This document shows positions 43,064-52,640 of a DNA stretch of 64,000 nt, piece by piece. Position 1 is the first letter of the stretch; every line of letters starts with the position of its first letter. The position numbers and the translations under genes were made by a program. The notes beneath the pieces are model-generated. The model had not been told where the DNA came from. It made no database searches and saw only the letters and a program-made list of their open reading frames with translations. This DNA comes from Gammaproteobacteria bacterium (lineage in GTDB: Bacteria > Pseudomonadota > Gammaproteobacteria > Eutrophobiales > Eutrophobiaceae), in the NCBI GenBank assembly GCA_965243205.1, contig CBDEUK010000002.1, positions 672,001-736,000 on the forward strand. Direction: 5' to 3'.

Positions 43064-44166
43064 TGCGATGCCTTGATGATTAATTTAGATTTCGCCTTAC
43101 CATTATCATTAACGAAATTCGAGACCTCAGAAACATAGCCCAATTCATTTAATTGTTTATTAAACGTTTCAATCGATGTCATTGAGTTTGCTTCAAGTTG
43201 ATAATCGAACCGACCATTCTTCCATGAATAACCTAATAATTTGATATCTGGAAAATTATTACTGGTTTTTATAATACTGCCATATATTTCATAAAATGGA
43301 TTATCCGAACCGTCACTTTGTGCTCCCAGTTTTTTGAGTTGTTGTTCTGCTTGAACTTTAGGACGAACAATTTTCTTCACATTTGGGAAAGCCTGTTTAA
43401 ATAGATCTTCACTTTGTTGAACCAGTTGTTTTTGTTCAGATTCTAAAGTAATAATTTGATACCACGAATATCCAAAATGGATTATCAGACTGAGTAATAC
43501 TAAAGCCACTGCTGGCAACCATTGCATAAAGCTGAATTTCGAAGCTTTCCTGAACTCATAATTACCAGAAAATAAATTCAGGTTCGGCGCTGGCATTGCA
43601 TTTTTAACTAACCAATTTTTAAAATCTTTGAATTTGTCTGTTTGGGCTAATGGTTTGATGTTTTTTGGAAGAAAAGATAAATCTTCTTCATCTTTGTACC
43701 AATAATGAATCTTTTTGGGAGGTGAATCTCCGCGTAAATATAATTTTATCTGGCTAGATAAATTCGATTTATGGCATTCAAAACCGTCATAAATACCGGT
43801 TCTAACTAATGCTCTATCGTTATGTATGGCCACACACCATCGCCCCTCTACCACCGGCAAGATCAGCACATCAGGTAATGCGATAGTCTCTGGCTTATTG
43901 TAATGTTCTTGCAAGAACTGCATGGAATCATGACTGACGACTGAAACATGCAATTGATTTGGTTCATCACTGGCTCGAGCCCAGGCAAAATGAAGATCAT
44001 CAACATTTTGCACCACTTCGTCTTCTAATGCATAAGGCAATGCCGCCTGTAAATCCTGTTGATTATTAATACCAAGATTAGTCTTTAAAAAGGTGACTTG
44101 AGATGCCGGCACTAAAACGAAATCAATTTCATCTTTGGTAAGTGTGATTATATTGTTCTGACTCAT
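43060..44166 (-). CDS. gspL: Type II secretion protein L
   Basis: ALPYALEDEVVQNVDDLHFA, LPDVLILP, LNLFSG, TM, FKQAFP. Confidence 0.88.
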   Translation of the reverse strand: MSQNNIITLTKDEIDFVLVPASQVTFLKTNLGINNQQDLQAALPYALEDEVVQNVDDLHFAWARASDEPNQLHVSVVSHDSMQFLQEHYNKPETIALPDVLILPVVEGRWCVAIHNDRALVRTGIYDGFECHKSNLSSQIKLYLRGDSPPKKIHYWYKDEEDLSFLPKNIKPLAQTDKFKDFKNWLVKNAMPAPNLNLFSGNYEFRKASKFSFMQWLPAVALVLLSLIIHFGYSWYQIITLESEQKQLVQQSEDLFKQAFPNVKKIVRPKVQAEQQLKKLGAQSDGSDNPFYEIYGSIIKTSNNFPDIKLLGYSWKNGRFDYQLEANSMTSIETFNKQLNELGYVSEVSNFVNDNGKAKSKLIIKASQ

Positions 44167-44432
44167 CCTGTGAATGATATTATGTCTTGAGGTAACAATC
44201 TAACGGTTATCTAAATTTCATAAAAATGCAATAAAACTGAAAATCCGCTTAATAGATCCAATAATTGTAATCTCCCAATAAAAACATACTGACTTCCAAA
44301 AAGGAAACACTGTTATAGACAACTTCTAATTCAAATGTTCATATCATATTGATAAAAAATGACACCCTTAACAAATAAATAAAAAATCTATACATATTTA
44401 TAATATAATTCATTCTTTTTTTAGGTTTATAA

Positions 44433-45857
44433 ATGCCATTAAATATTAAACAGTTACTAGCTGATGAAGCAGGAAATAATTACGCCTTACACGATCAGCA
44501 CGTCAATCCAAAATTCGCAAAAACCTTAAAAACCATTGGTTTTGACCGATGTTATGTTAAGGCAGAAGACCAATATCTTTGGGATAATGATGGCAGACGC
44601 TATTTAGACATGCTCGCAGGATATGGCGTATTCAACGCCGGTAGAAATAATCCTGAAATTCGCCAAGCTTTGTTCGACTTCATGAATGAAGACTATTCCA
44701 GTTTGGTACAAATGGAGGCGCCTTTACTCTCTGGTATTTTGGCCAAAGAACTCAAACAACGCATGCCCAACCAAATGGACTATGTTTATTTCACTAACTC
44801 AGGGACTGAAGGTGTCGAAACCGCGATCAAATTTGCCAAGTGCGCGACCCAACGAGAAGGTATTCTATATTTTTCTAAAGCCTTTCATGGCTTGAGTAAC
44901 GGTTCCTTATCTATCAACGGTGATGACACTTTTCGTGAAGGATTTGGCGATTTATTACATGCCTGTCAAAAAATCCCATTGGGTGATATTGATGCTTTGG
45001 AAGACGCCTTAAAAACCCAAAATTTTGCTGCCCTTATTTTTGAACCTATTCAGGGAAAAGGCGTAAACATTCCACCTGCTGGTTTTCTACAAAAAGCTCA
45101 AGAATTATGTCAGCGTTATGGAACTTTGTTTGTGGATGATGAAATTCAATCTGGTATGGGAAGAACAGGAAAATTCTTAGCGCTGGAACATGAAGGCGAC
45201 TTAGATCCTGACATGGTTATACTCTCTAAATCTTTATCAGGTGGCTTTATTCCTATTGGCGCTGTGCTTACAAAAAAGAAAATATACGACAAAGTATTTT
45301 CTTCACTGGATCGTTCTGTGGTTCACTCCTCTACCTTTGGTCAAGGCAGCTTAGCTATGGTCGCAGGTTTAGCTAGCTTAAACTATATGGATGAACACGA
45401 ATTAATTGAAAATGCAAAAAACATGGGAGATAAACTGGGCGAAGGTTTATTAGCCTTAAAAGACAAGTATCAGTTTATTAAAGATGTGCGTTGGCGAGGG
45501 TTAATGGTAGCAATTGAATTTGGTGAACCTAAATCCTTTAAATTAAAAGCTGCTTGGGCTTTAGCACATAAACTCAATAAAAATTTATTCCCGCAAGCTA
45601 TAACAATCCCGTTGTTACAAGATCATGGGATTCTAACTCAAGTTGCAGGTCATAATATCGATGTGATCAAATTAATACCGCCTTTAATCATTAATGAAGA
45701 CGATGTTAAAACATTTATTAATGCATTTGAGCAAGTTATGGAGAGTTTACATAAGTTTCCTGGTCCAAGCTGGGAAGTGATTTCTAGAGTGGGTAAATCA
45801 TCAATTGCCAATGCCCCGAACTTAAATCAGTTCACAGGCTCTGCAAGTAATGTATGA
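44433..45857 (+). CDS. hpnO: Class III PLP aminotransferase, HpnO-like (aminobacteriohopanetriol synthesis)
   Basis: NSGTE, FHG, EPIQG, DEIQSGMGRTG, SKSLSGG; first gene of the hopanoid cluster. Confidence 0.8.
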   Translation: MPLNIKQLLADEAGNNYALHDQHVNPKFAKTLKTIGFDRCYVKAEDQYLWDNDGRRYLDMLAGYGVFNAGRNNPEIRQALFDFMNEDYSSLVQMEAPLLSGILAKELKQRMPNQMDYVYFTNSGTEGVETAIKFAKCATQREGILYFSKAFHGLSNGSLSINGDDTFREGFGDLLHACQKIPLGDIDALEDALKTQNFAALIFEPIQGKGVNIPPAGFLQKAQELCQRYGTLFVDDEIQSGMGRTGKFLALEHEGDLDPDMVILSKSLSGGFIPIGAVLTKKKIYDKVFSSLDRSVVHSSTFGQGSLAMVAGLASLNYMDEHELIENAKNMGDKLGEGLLALKDKYQFIKDVRWRGLMVAIEFGEPKSFKLKAAWALAHKLNKNLFPQAITIPLLQDHGILTQVAGHNIDVIKLIPPLIINEDDVKTFINAFEQVMESLHKFPGPSWEVISRVGKSSIANAPNLNQFTGSASNV

Positions 45858-45902
45858 TATTGCGTTATTAAAAAATTCTACCAAGGTACAACATCTATTA
45901 AT

Positions 45903-46958
45903 ATGAATGCCGTTAATGCCGAAACGCTACAATCGGATTTAACCGAAGAATACCAATACCAAGAAGATATCCTACAAGGTGTCTCCCGAACATTTGCCCT
46001 TACAATACCTCAATTGCCAACTCAATTAGCGAATGTAGTCGGTAATGCCTACCTGCTTTGTCGTATAGCCGACACAATAGAAGATGATAAAGATTTACCG
46101 TTCGAACAAAAACAATTGTATTCAGAGTTTTTTATTGATGTGGTCAAAGGTACAAAAAGTTCAAAACAATTCGCTGAAGAACTGCATCCATTATTATCTC
46201 CGACAGCAACGGATGCCGAAAAAGATCTCATTAAAAATACCGAACCAGTTATTCGAATAACCCACAGTTTTAATGACCGACAACGCAAGGCTTTAGAGCG
46301 CTGTGTCACCATCATGGCTGATGGCATGGTCAGATACCAAGATGCTGAGACCTTAGAAGGACTCGCTGATCAACCTGCCATGGATGAATATTGTTATTAC
46401 GTGGCGGGGGTAGTTGGAGAAATGCTCACAGAGTTATTTTGTGATTATTCTCCCGAAATTAACAAAAACTACGACGAATTATTTCAACTCTCAGTATCAT
46501 TCGGCCAAGCATTGCAAATGACCAATATTCTCAAGGATATTTATGATGACTATGAACGTGGTGCTTGTTGGTTACCAGCAGAAGTGTTTAATCGACATGG
46601 TTTTAACTTAAAAGATTTACGACCGGGTCTAAAAAATGCTGATTTTGAGGCGGGTCTAGGCGAACTAATTGGTCTTGCCCATAGTCATCTTAATAATGCC
46701 TTGAAATATACTTTAATGATGCCGAATAAAGAGACAGGGATCCGTAAATTCTGTTTATGGGCAATCGGAATGGCTGTTTTAACATTGCAAAATATCAATC
46801 AAAAACGCGATTTTAAAGATGGTTCAGAAGTCAAAATTAGCCGTAATAGTGTGAAAAAGACCATAGCAGCGACTAACTTATTGATTCGTAGTAATAAAAT
46901 GCTTTCTATGCTGTTTTCTGTTTCGGCAAAGGGATTGCCCAAAACCGCTATTTTATGA
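45903..46958 (+). CDS. Squalene synthase (single-enzyme SQS/FDFT1 type)
   Basis: VSRTFA, DTIEDD, YCYYVAGVVG, LQMTNILKD. Confidence 0.85.
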   Translation: MNAVNAETLQSDLTEEYQYQEDILQGVSRTFALTIPQLPTQLANVVGNAYLLCRIADTIEDDKDLPFEQKQLYSEFFIDVVKGTKSSKQFAEELHPLLSPTATDAEKDLIKNTEPVIRITHSFNDRQRKALERCVTIMADGMVRYQDAETLEGLADQPAMDEYCYYVAGVVGEMLTELFCDYSPEINKNYDELFQLSVSFGQALQMTNILKDIYDDYERGACWLPAEVFNRHGFNLKDLRPGLKNADFEAGLGELIGLAHSHLNNALKYTLMMPNKETGIRKFCLWAIGMAVLTLQNINQKRDFKDGSEVKISRNSVKKTIAATNLLIRSNKMLSMLFSVSAKGLPKTAIL

Positions 46959-46963
46959 GAAAA

Positions 46964-46992
46964 TTCAATATCTTTTGCGCAAAGCCTATAAT
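46964..46992 (+). promoter_or_regulatory. Possible internal sigma70 promoter for shc
   Basis: TTCAAT, 17 bp spacer, TATAAT; the spacer contains the palindrome TTTGCGCAAA. Confidence 0.35.
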
Positions 46993-47065
46993 GTAGTATC
47001 ACGTATTACAAAAGAATAAGTACAAAAATAGAACGAATGCACACGTATTTGGGGAAAAATATTTT

Positions 47066-49003
47066 ATGTTAATGGAGCCTAATGCCGAATTGGGTCGTAA
47101 CAATGTGAGCAATCAAGCATCAGATGTTGTTCGCAGACTGAAACCTCTACCTCTTAATGAAGCGATTGACCTAGCTAATGAAGCTTTAATTAATGATCAA
47201 CAAGCCGATGGTCATTGGATATATGAACTGGAAGCCGATTGCACTATCCCAGCAGAATATATCTTGATGATGCATTTTGTCGGTGATGTAGACGAACCAC
47301 TGCAAGAAAAAATCGCTGTATATCTAAGAGAAAACCAAGACGAGCACGATGGTTGGTCTTTATACAATGGTGGAGTGTTTGATCTCAGCTGCTCTGTAAA
47401 AGCGTATTATGCTTTGAAGCTGGTCGGCGATGATCCAAATGAAGAGCACATGGTTCGTGCTCGCAATGCAATTTTAAACCATGGTGGTGCAGCTCATGCC
47501 AATGTATTTACGCGAATCACCTTGGCGTTATTTGGGCAAGTCCCATGGCGTGCGACACCATTTATTCCAGCTGAAGTTATTTTATTACCAAAATGGTTTC
47601 CGTTTCATATCAGTAAAGTTTCTTACTGGTCACGGACTGTTATGGTTCCTTTATTTATACTATGTACTTTAAAACCTTCAGCGGCCAACCCTAACGGTGT
47701 TGATATTCGCGAGTTATTTACCATACCACCAGAAGATGAAACAAATTATTTCCGTGTCACGACTCCTTTAAGCCGTGCGTTTTTGATGCTCGATAATATC
47801 GGCCAACTTATTGAAAAATGTGTACCTCGTTTTGTCAGAAATATTTCTATCCGTAAATGTAAACAGTGGTTTAAACGCCGCATGAACGAGGACTACGGAA
47901 TTGGTGGTATTTTTCCAGCTATGGTTAATGTATACGAAGCTTTAATTGTACTCGGCTACTCTAAAAACGACCCTATGGTTGTCAATGCAAAAAAAGCCAT
48001 TGATCGTTTATTAGTAGAACGTAACGATGGTATGTATTGTCAACCATGCCAATCACCTGTTTGGGATACTGCTTTGGCCAGTCAAGCCTTAATAGAATCT
48101 CAATCTATCAACGAAGAGATAGAATCAGCATTGGATTGGTTAGCTGAAAGACAGCTTTCTGATGAGCCCGGTGATTGGCGAGATGTACGTCCCGATTTAA
48201 ACAGTGGTGGTTGGGCATTCCAATACAGTAATTATCACTATCCAGATCTGGATGATACTTCAATGGTCGCTTGGGCTATGCAACGTGCCAAACCTGAGAA
48301 ATATAAAACTGCTATTGATAGCGCTGCTGAATGGGTTGCAGGCATGCAGTCACGTAATGGTGGTTTTGGTTCTTTCGAAGTTGATAATACTCAATATTAT
48401 CTCAATGCAATACCATTTGCTGATCATGGCGCCTTATTGGATCCACCTACTGCGGATGTTACTGGTCGTTCAATAGCTTTATTAGCACTAGCGAATAAAG
48501 ATAAATATGCTTCAAACATATTAAAAGCAATCGAATATATTAAAGACGACCAAGAAAATGACGGTTCATGGTTTGGTCGTTGGGGCACAAACTATATTTA
48601 TGGTACTTGGTCTGTATTAACGGCACTTGAAATCAGTGGCGAAGACCCAAAACAAGAATATATTCAACGTTCAGTAACATGGTTAAAACAAATGCAAAAT
48701 GCTGATGGTGGTTGGGGCGAGAGTAATGATAGTTATTATCCACCTAAGCATCGTCGACCTCATCCGAGTACTTCATTTCAAACTGCATGGGCCCTATTAG
48801 CTTTATTAGCTGCTGACGAAGTACATTCTGATGCAGTGAAACAAGGCATTGAATACTTACTACGTAAGCAAAATCAAGATGGGCTTTGGCATGATTCTGA
48901 TTATACTGCCCCAGGTTTTCCTCGGGTATTTTATTTAAAATACCATGGCTATACTAAGTACTTCCCTATTTGGGCACTTGCTCGATATCAAAAACTAAAA
49001 TAG
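47066..49003 (+). CDS. shc: Squalene-hopene cyclase
   Basis: YPDLDDT (DxDD) catalytic motif; QW repeats (QQADGHW, QENDGSW, QNADGGW); GFPRVFYLKYHGY. Confidence 0.97.
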   Translation: MLMEPNAELGRNNVSNQASDVVRRLKPLPLNEAIDLANEALINDQQADGHWIYELEADCTIPAEYILMMHFVGDVDEPLQEKIAVYLRENQDEHDGWSLYNGGVFDLSCSVKAYYALKLVGDDPNEEHMVRARNAILNHGGAAHANVFTRITLALFGQVPWRATPFIPAEVILLPKWFPFHISKVSYWSRTVMVPLFILCTLKPSAANPNGVDIRELFTIPPEDETNYFRVTTPLSRAFLMLDNIGQLIEKCVPRFVRNISIRKCKQWFKRRMNEDYGIGGIFPAMVNVYEALIVLGYSKNDPMVVNAKKAIDRLLVERNDGMYCQPCQSPVWDTALASQALIESQSINEEIESALDWLAERQLSDEPGDWRDVRPDLNSGGWAFQYSNYHYPDLDDTSMVAWAMQRAKPEKYKTAIDSAAEWVAGMQSRNGGFGSFEVDNTQYYLNAIPFADHGALLDPPTADVTGRSIALLALANKDKYASNILKAIEYIKDDQENDGSWFGRWGTNYIYGTWSVLTALEISGEDPKQEYIQRSVTWLKQMQNADGGWGESNDSYYPPKHRRPHPSTSFQTAWALLALLAADEVHSDAVKQGIEYLLRKQNQDGLWHDSDYTAPGFPRVFYLKYHGYTKYFPIWALARYQKLK

Positions 49004-49010
49004 TTACCGT

Positions 49011-49706
49011 TTGAACTATCCTATAGGTTTTGTTGTAGCTTTAACCAGAGAAGCTCAAACACTGCAAACAGGTGTTAAGCCCTCTTTTCATGCAATAGAT
49101 TTTCACACTAATGCGAAGCTATTTATTTCTGGAATGGGGTATGAAAACGCAAGGCTTGCTGCAGAAAATTTAATTCAATCTGGTTGTAAACATTTAATTA
49201 GCTGGGGTAGTTGTGCTGCATTATCATATGAATTATCAATCGGCGATGTTATTATTCCAAATACGGTTATTGACTTTGATAATAACAAAACTGATTTATA
49301 TCCTGATTTACTTCCATCAAAAATCATTAAAAATAATTTAGTTAGATCAGATACAATCTATCTCCATCTAGATAAGGTTGTTTGTTCTGAATCTGATAAA
49401 AAACAATTACATCTTGATACGAATGCAGTTGCCGGTGATATGGAATCATTGGCTGTTGTAGATATCGCTAAACAACATAATATTACGTCCAATATTATCA
49501 GATCAGTCAGCGATTCTAGAAAAACTGTTATACCCTATAAAATTACACAACATATAAACCAATATGGTGATTTAATTTTCCCTGATTTTTACAAAGCTTT
49601 ATTATTGAATCCTTTTTCAATTCCACAATTAATTCAGCTAGGAAAAGGCTTTAAAGTCGCCATGAACAATTTGAATCTAATTAAGAACGAGCTTATTGAA
49701 AATTAA
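49011..49706 (+). CDS. hpnG: Hopanoid-associated phosphorylase/nucleosidase (HpnG-like)
   Basis: SGMG, LISWG..AL, DMES, RSVSD (PNP/MTA fold); directly after shc. Confidence 0.78.
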   Translation: MNYPIGFVVALTREAQTLQTGVKPSFHAIDFHTNAKLFISGMGYENARLAAENLIQSGCKHLISWGSCAALSYELSIGDVIIPNTVIDFDNNKTDLYPDLLPSKIIKNNLVRSDTIYLHLDKVVCSESDKKQLHLDTNAVAGDMESLAVVDIAKQHNITSNIIRSVSDSRKTVIPYKITQHINQYGDLIFPDFYKALLLNPFSIPQLIQLGKGFKVAMNNLNLIKNELIEN

Positions 49707-49715
49707 TATTATCTT

Positions 49716-52310
49716 ATGAATTCTATCGATAGAGTCATCAACCATTTAAGCAAATTAGTTCTTAAATACAGTATAGGTATCATATCTATTATTCCTATAA
49801 TAGCTAGCTTATTAATTTTTTATATCATTAATAACCTAGAGATGAATACAGATACCAGAGACATGCTCTCTGAAGAATTGCATTGGCGTCAGCTAGATAT
49901 CCAATATGAAACCCTTTTTCCACATATCGTTGATAACCTTGTACTTGTTGTTGAAGCTAAAACTGCTGACGAAGCTGAAGATTATGCAAAGTTACTAAAC
50001 AATCATTTGCAAAACAAACAAGAGTCATTTCATTCTATATATTATTTTAAAGAACAAGATTTTTTTAAAAAAGCTTCGTTACTTTATCTCGATCTAGATG
50101 AGCTTTATGACCTTTCAGATACACTTGCAAACTATCAACCTTTTTTGTCCAGATTATTATCTGACCAAAGCTTGGGAGGATTTCTATCACTTCTAATTGA
50201 TGGCATAAAAGAAAAACTTCATAATGATACTATCAATATTGAACCTCTTATCTCTGAATTTAATACAACTTTATCTGATTTTAATAAAAATCAACATTAT
50301 CGTTTCTCTTGGCAATCGCTTTTATCGAAAAATAGCGTTGATACAGATATTTTTAGAGAAATCATTATCGTCCAACCAAAACTAAATTATACGGAGTTAT
50401 TTCCAGCAGAGAAAATCATTCAAGATATAAGAGAGATCGCTACAAACTTAGGGATTAGTGAAAGTAACAATTTATCATTAAAAATGACAGGTTCAGTAGC
50501 ACTTGCCCATGAAGAGTTTTTAAGTGCCTCAAAAGCTAACTTATATGCAATTATTGGTTCGCTAGTATTAGTTACCATCTTATTAATTATAGGGCTTGGC
50601 TCTTATAGATTAGTATTAATTACATTAGCTTGTTTAATTATAGGCCTTATTTATACTGCTGGATTTGCAACCTGGGCAATCGGTGAACTCAATTTAATAT
50701 CCATTGCCTTCGCTGTATTGTATATAGGCCTTGGTGTCGATTTCAGCATACATTATTGTTTAAAATTTAAAAACAATATAAAGATAAATAATAATTCGCT
50801 TAACGCTATACATCAAACAAACATAAAAATTGGCAGACCTCTTTTCTTATGCGCAATTACAACAGCAATGGGTTTTTTCGCTTTTTTGATTACTGATTAT
50901 AAAGGTGTTGCAGAACTTGGATTAATAGCCGGCTTTGGTATGTTTATTAGTTTTTTTATGACATTAATTTTCTTACCTGCATTATTAAAATATATCCCGA
51001 TTAAGCTTACTGATTCAGTATTAAATAATTTCAAAAATTCAAATTGGTTAAAATTTCCAGAAAATAATTCTAAATTAATTATTTATATATCAATTATCAT
51101 AAGTAGTTTATCTATATTATTAATCACTCATGTACAGTTCGATTACGATTTATTAAATATACAACCTAAAAAAAATGAATCTGTATTAACTTTTAAAAAA
51201 TTGCTTTCGGATAAAAACATATCACCTCTAAGAAACGTTGTGGTAAAGAAATCATCTGATAATATTTCAAAAACACAACATTCTTTAGAAGCACTGAACA
51301 CTGTATATGAAACCCATTCAATTGATAGCTTTATACCAAAAGATCAAGAAGAAAAATTAATTATCGTTGATGAACTAAATCTTCTTATGGGAGATTTATT
51401 TGAAAAACGCGATAAAAATAATTATACATTATCAGAAATAAAACAGCGTATCACCGAATTAAATAAGCTTTTAATTCTAAATAAAAATACATTATACGAA
51501 GAAACTTATTCCAACCTTAGTCTTTTGTTAACAACACTGGAAAGTTCTGACCAACCTCAATCAATTATTAATCATTTTGAAAAAAATTTATTTGATTCTT
51601 TAACAGGCAGAGTTGAGATTTTATCAAATTCATTACAAGCAGAAGAATTAACTTTAGATGAACTTCCTTCTAATTTTAAATCAAGATGGATAAATAATGG
51701 CTATTATCTAATCGAAGTTATACCTGAAAATAATTTATCTGATACAGAAGAATTAAAACTGTTTGTGCATGAAACACAATCTATAGAAAATAATATTACT
51801 GGAGCGCCTGTGGTTTCGATAGAAGCAGGCAACGCAGTGATTGCAGCTTTTAAACAAGCATTTATTGCTGCCTTTTTAGCAGTCACTATATTTTTATTAT
51901 TTCTACTCAAGAATAAATTAGATGTAATATATATCCTGATACCACTTATACTGGCCAGTCTATTTACTGCTGCAGCTTCGGTTATATTTAATATTCCCCT
52001 TAATTTTGCCAATATTATTGCTTTACCATTACTGTTTGGCATTGGAGTTGACAGTGCTATTCATATAGTCAATCAATCTCGTCATAATGATTCAGCTTCT
52101 TTATTGGAAAGCAGTTCTGCTAAAGCTATTTTTATAAGTGCTTTAACCACTATGTTAAGCATAGGTAATTTGGCACTTTCTGAACATCCTGGCACAGCAA
52201 GCATGGGATTATTACTTGTGATAGGTATTAGTTTTGCTTTGATATGTACTTTGGCGATTACCCCAGCGTTACTATCTATAAGAGCTGAGAAAAATTCGCG
52301 CCATCCATAG
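49716..52310 (+). CDS. hpnN: MMPL/RND hopanoid transporter
   Basis: Two RND halves with IGLGVDFSIH and FGIGVDSAIH; hopanoid cluster context. Confidence 0.88.
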   Translation: MNSIDRVINHLSKLVLKYSIGIISIIPIIASLLIFYIINNLEMNTDTRDMLSEELHWRQLDIQYETLFPHIVDNLVLVVEAKTADEAEDYAKLLNNHLQNKQESFHSIYYFKEQDFFKKASLLYLDLDELYDLSDTLANYQPFLSRLLSDQSLGGFLSLLIDGIKEKLHNDTINIEPLISEFNTTLSDFNKNQHYRFSWQSLLSKNSVDTDIFREIIIVQPKLNYTELFPAEKIIQDIREIATNLGISESNNLSLKMTGSVALAHEEFLSASKANLYAIIGSLVLVTILLIIGLGSYRLVLITLACLIIGLIYTAGFATWAIGELNLISIAFAVLYIGLGVDFSIHYCLKFKNNIKINNNSLNAIHQTNIKIGRPLFLCAITTAMGFFAFLITDYKGVAELGLIAGFGMFISFFMTLIFLPALLKYIPIKLTDSVLNNFKNSNWLKFPENNSKLIIYISIIISSLSILLITHVQFDYDLLNIQPKKNESVLTFKKLLSDKNISPLRNVVVKKSSDNISKTQHSLEALNTVYETHSIDSFIPKDQEEKLIIVDELNLLMGDLFEKRDKNNYTLSEIKQRITELNKLLILNKNTLYEETYSNLSLLLTTLESSDQPQSIINHFEKNLFDSLTGRVEILSNSLQAEELTLDELPSNFKSRWINNGYYLIEVIPENNLSDTEELKLFVHETQSIENNITGAPVVSIEAGNAVIAAFKQAFIAAFLAVTIFLLFLLKNKLDVIYILIPLILASLFTAAASVIFNIPLNFANIIALPLLFGIGVDSAIHIVNQSRHNDSASLLESSSAKAIFISALTTMLSIGNLALSEHPGTASMGLLLVIGISFALICTLAITPALLSIRAEKNSRHP

Positions 52311-52591
52311 CGCAATTTCGTTCCGTGCCATTTTTGTGAGCTATTGTAGGAGATATTTCACTTACTCTTGCTGATAGAGATGTAGGAGCATCAGCGAGTT
52401 AGTATTTTATATCTAAAACTTAAGCCTCCCTGTCAAAATTATTATGACGTCCATTGTGTTTTACTATCCATATAACCAAATTTCATTTTAGCTAACTGAT
52501 TAGGATGTATAATCAGATCTTCCCGTTGTTCTAATGAGCGATTTGTATCCGTACCTGTCTCTAATTAAAGAAACTTCCTTTTTTCATCCAG
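52289..52591 (-). ncRNA. Candidate CsrB/Rsm-type (CsrA/RsmA-sequestering) small RNA
   Basis: Nine GGA motifs in about 300 nt, mostly ANGGA; upstream promoter-like ACGACA-17-TATATT; 3' hairpin plus U-run; no ORF in the track covers the region. Confidence 0.55.
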
Positions 52592-52596
52592 GCTAG

Positions 52597-52640
52597 AATA
52601 TACTGATACTCCAAAAAATTGTCGTCACCCATATGGGTGA
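52597..52640 (-). promoter_or_regulatory. Putative promoter of the sRNA candidate with a perfect 16-bp palindrome abutting -35
   Basis: -10 TATATT (52602-52597), -35 ACGACA (52625-52620), palindrome TCACCCATATGGGTGA (52625-52640). Confidence 0.45.

Noticed and set aside
52312-52330. TGGCAC...TTGC sigma-54-like motif on the minus strand
   Set aside because: Spacing is 9 nt rather than the required 5.
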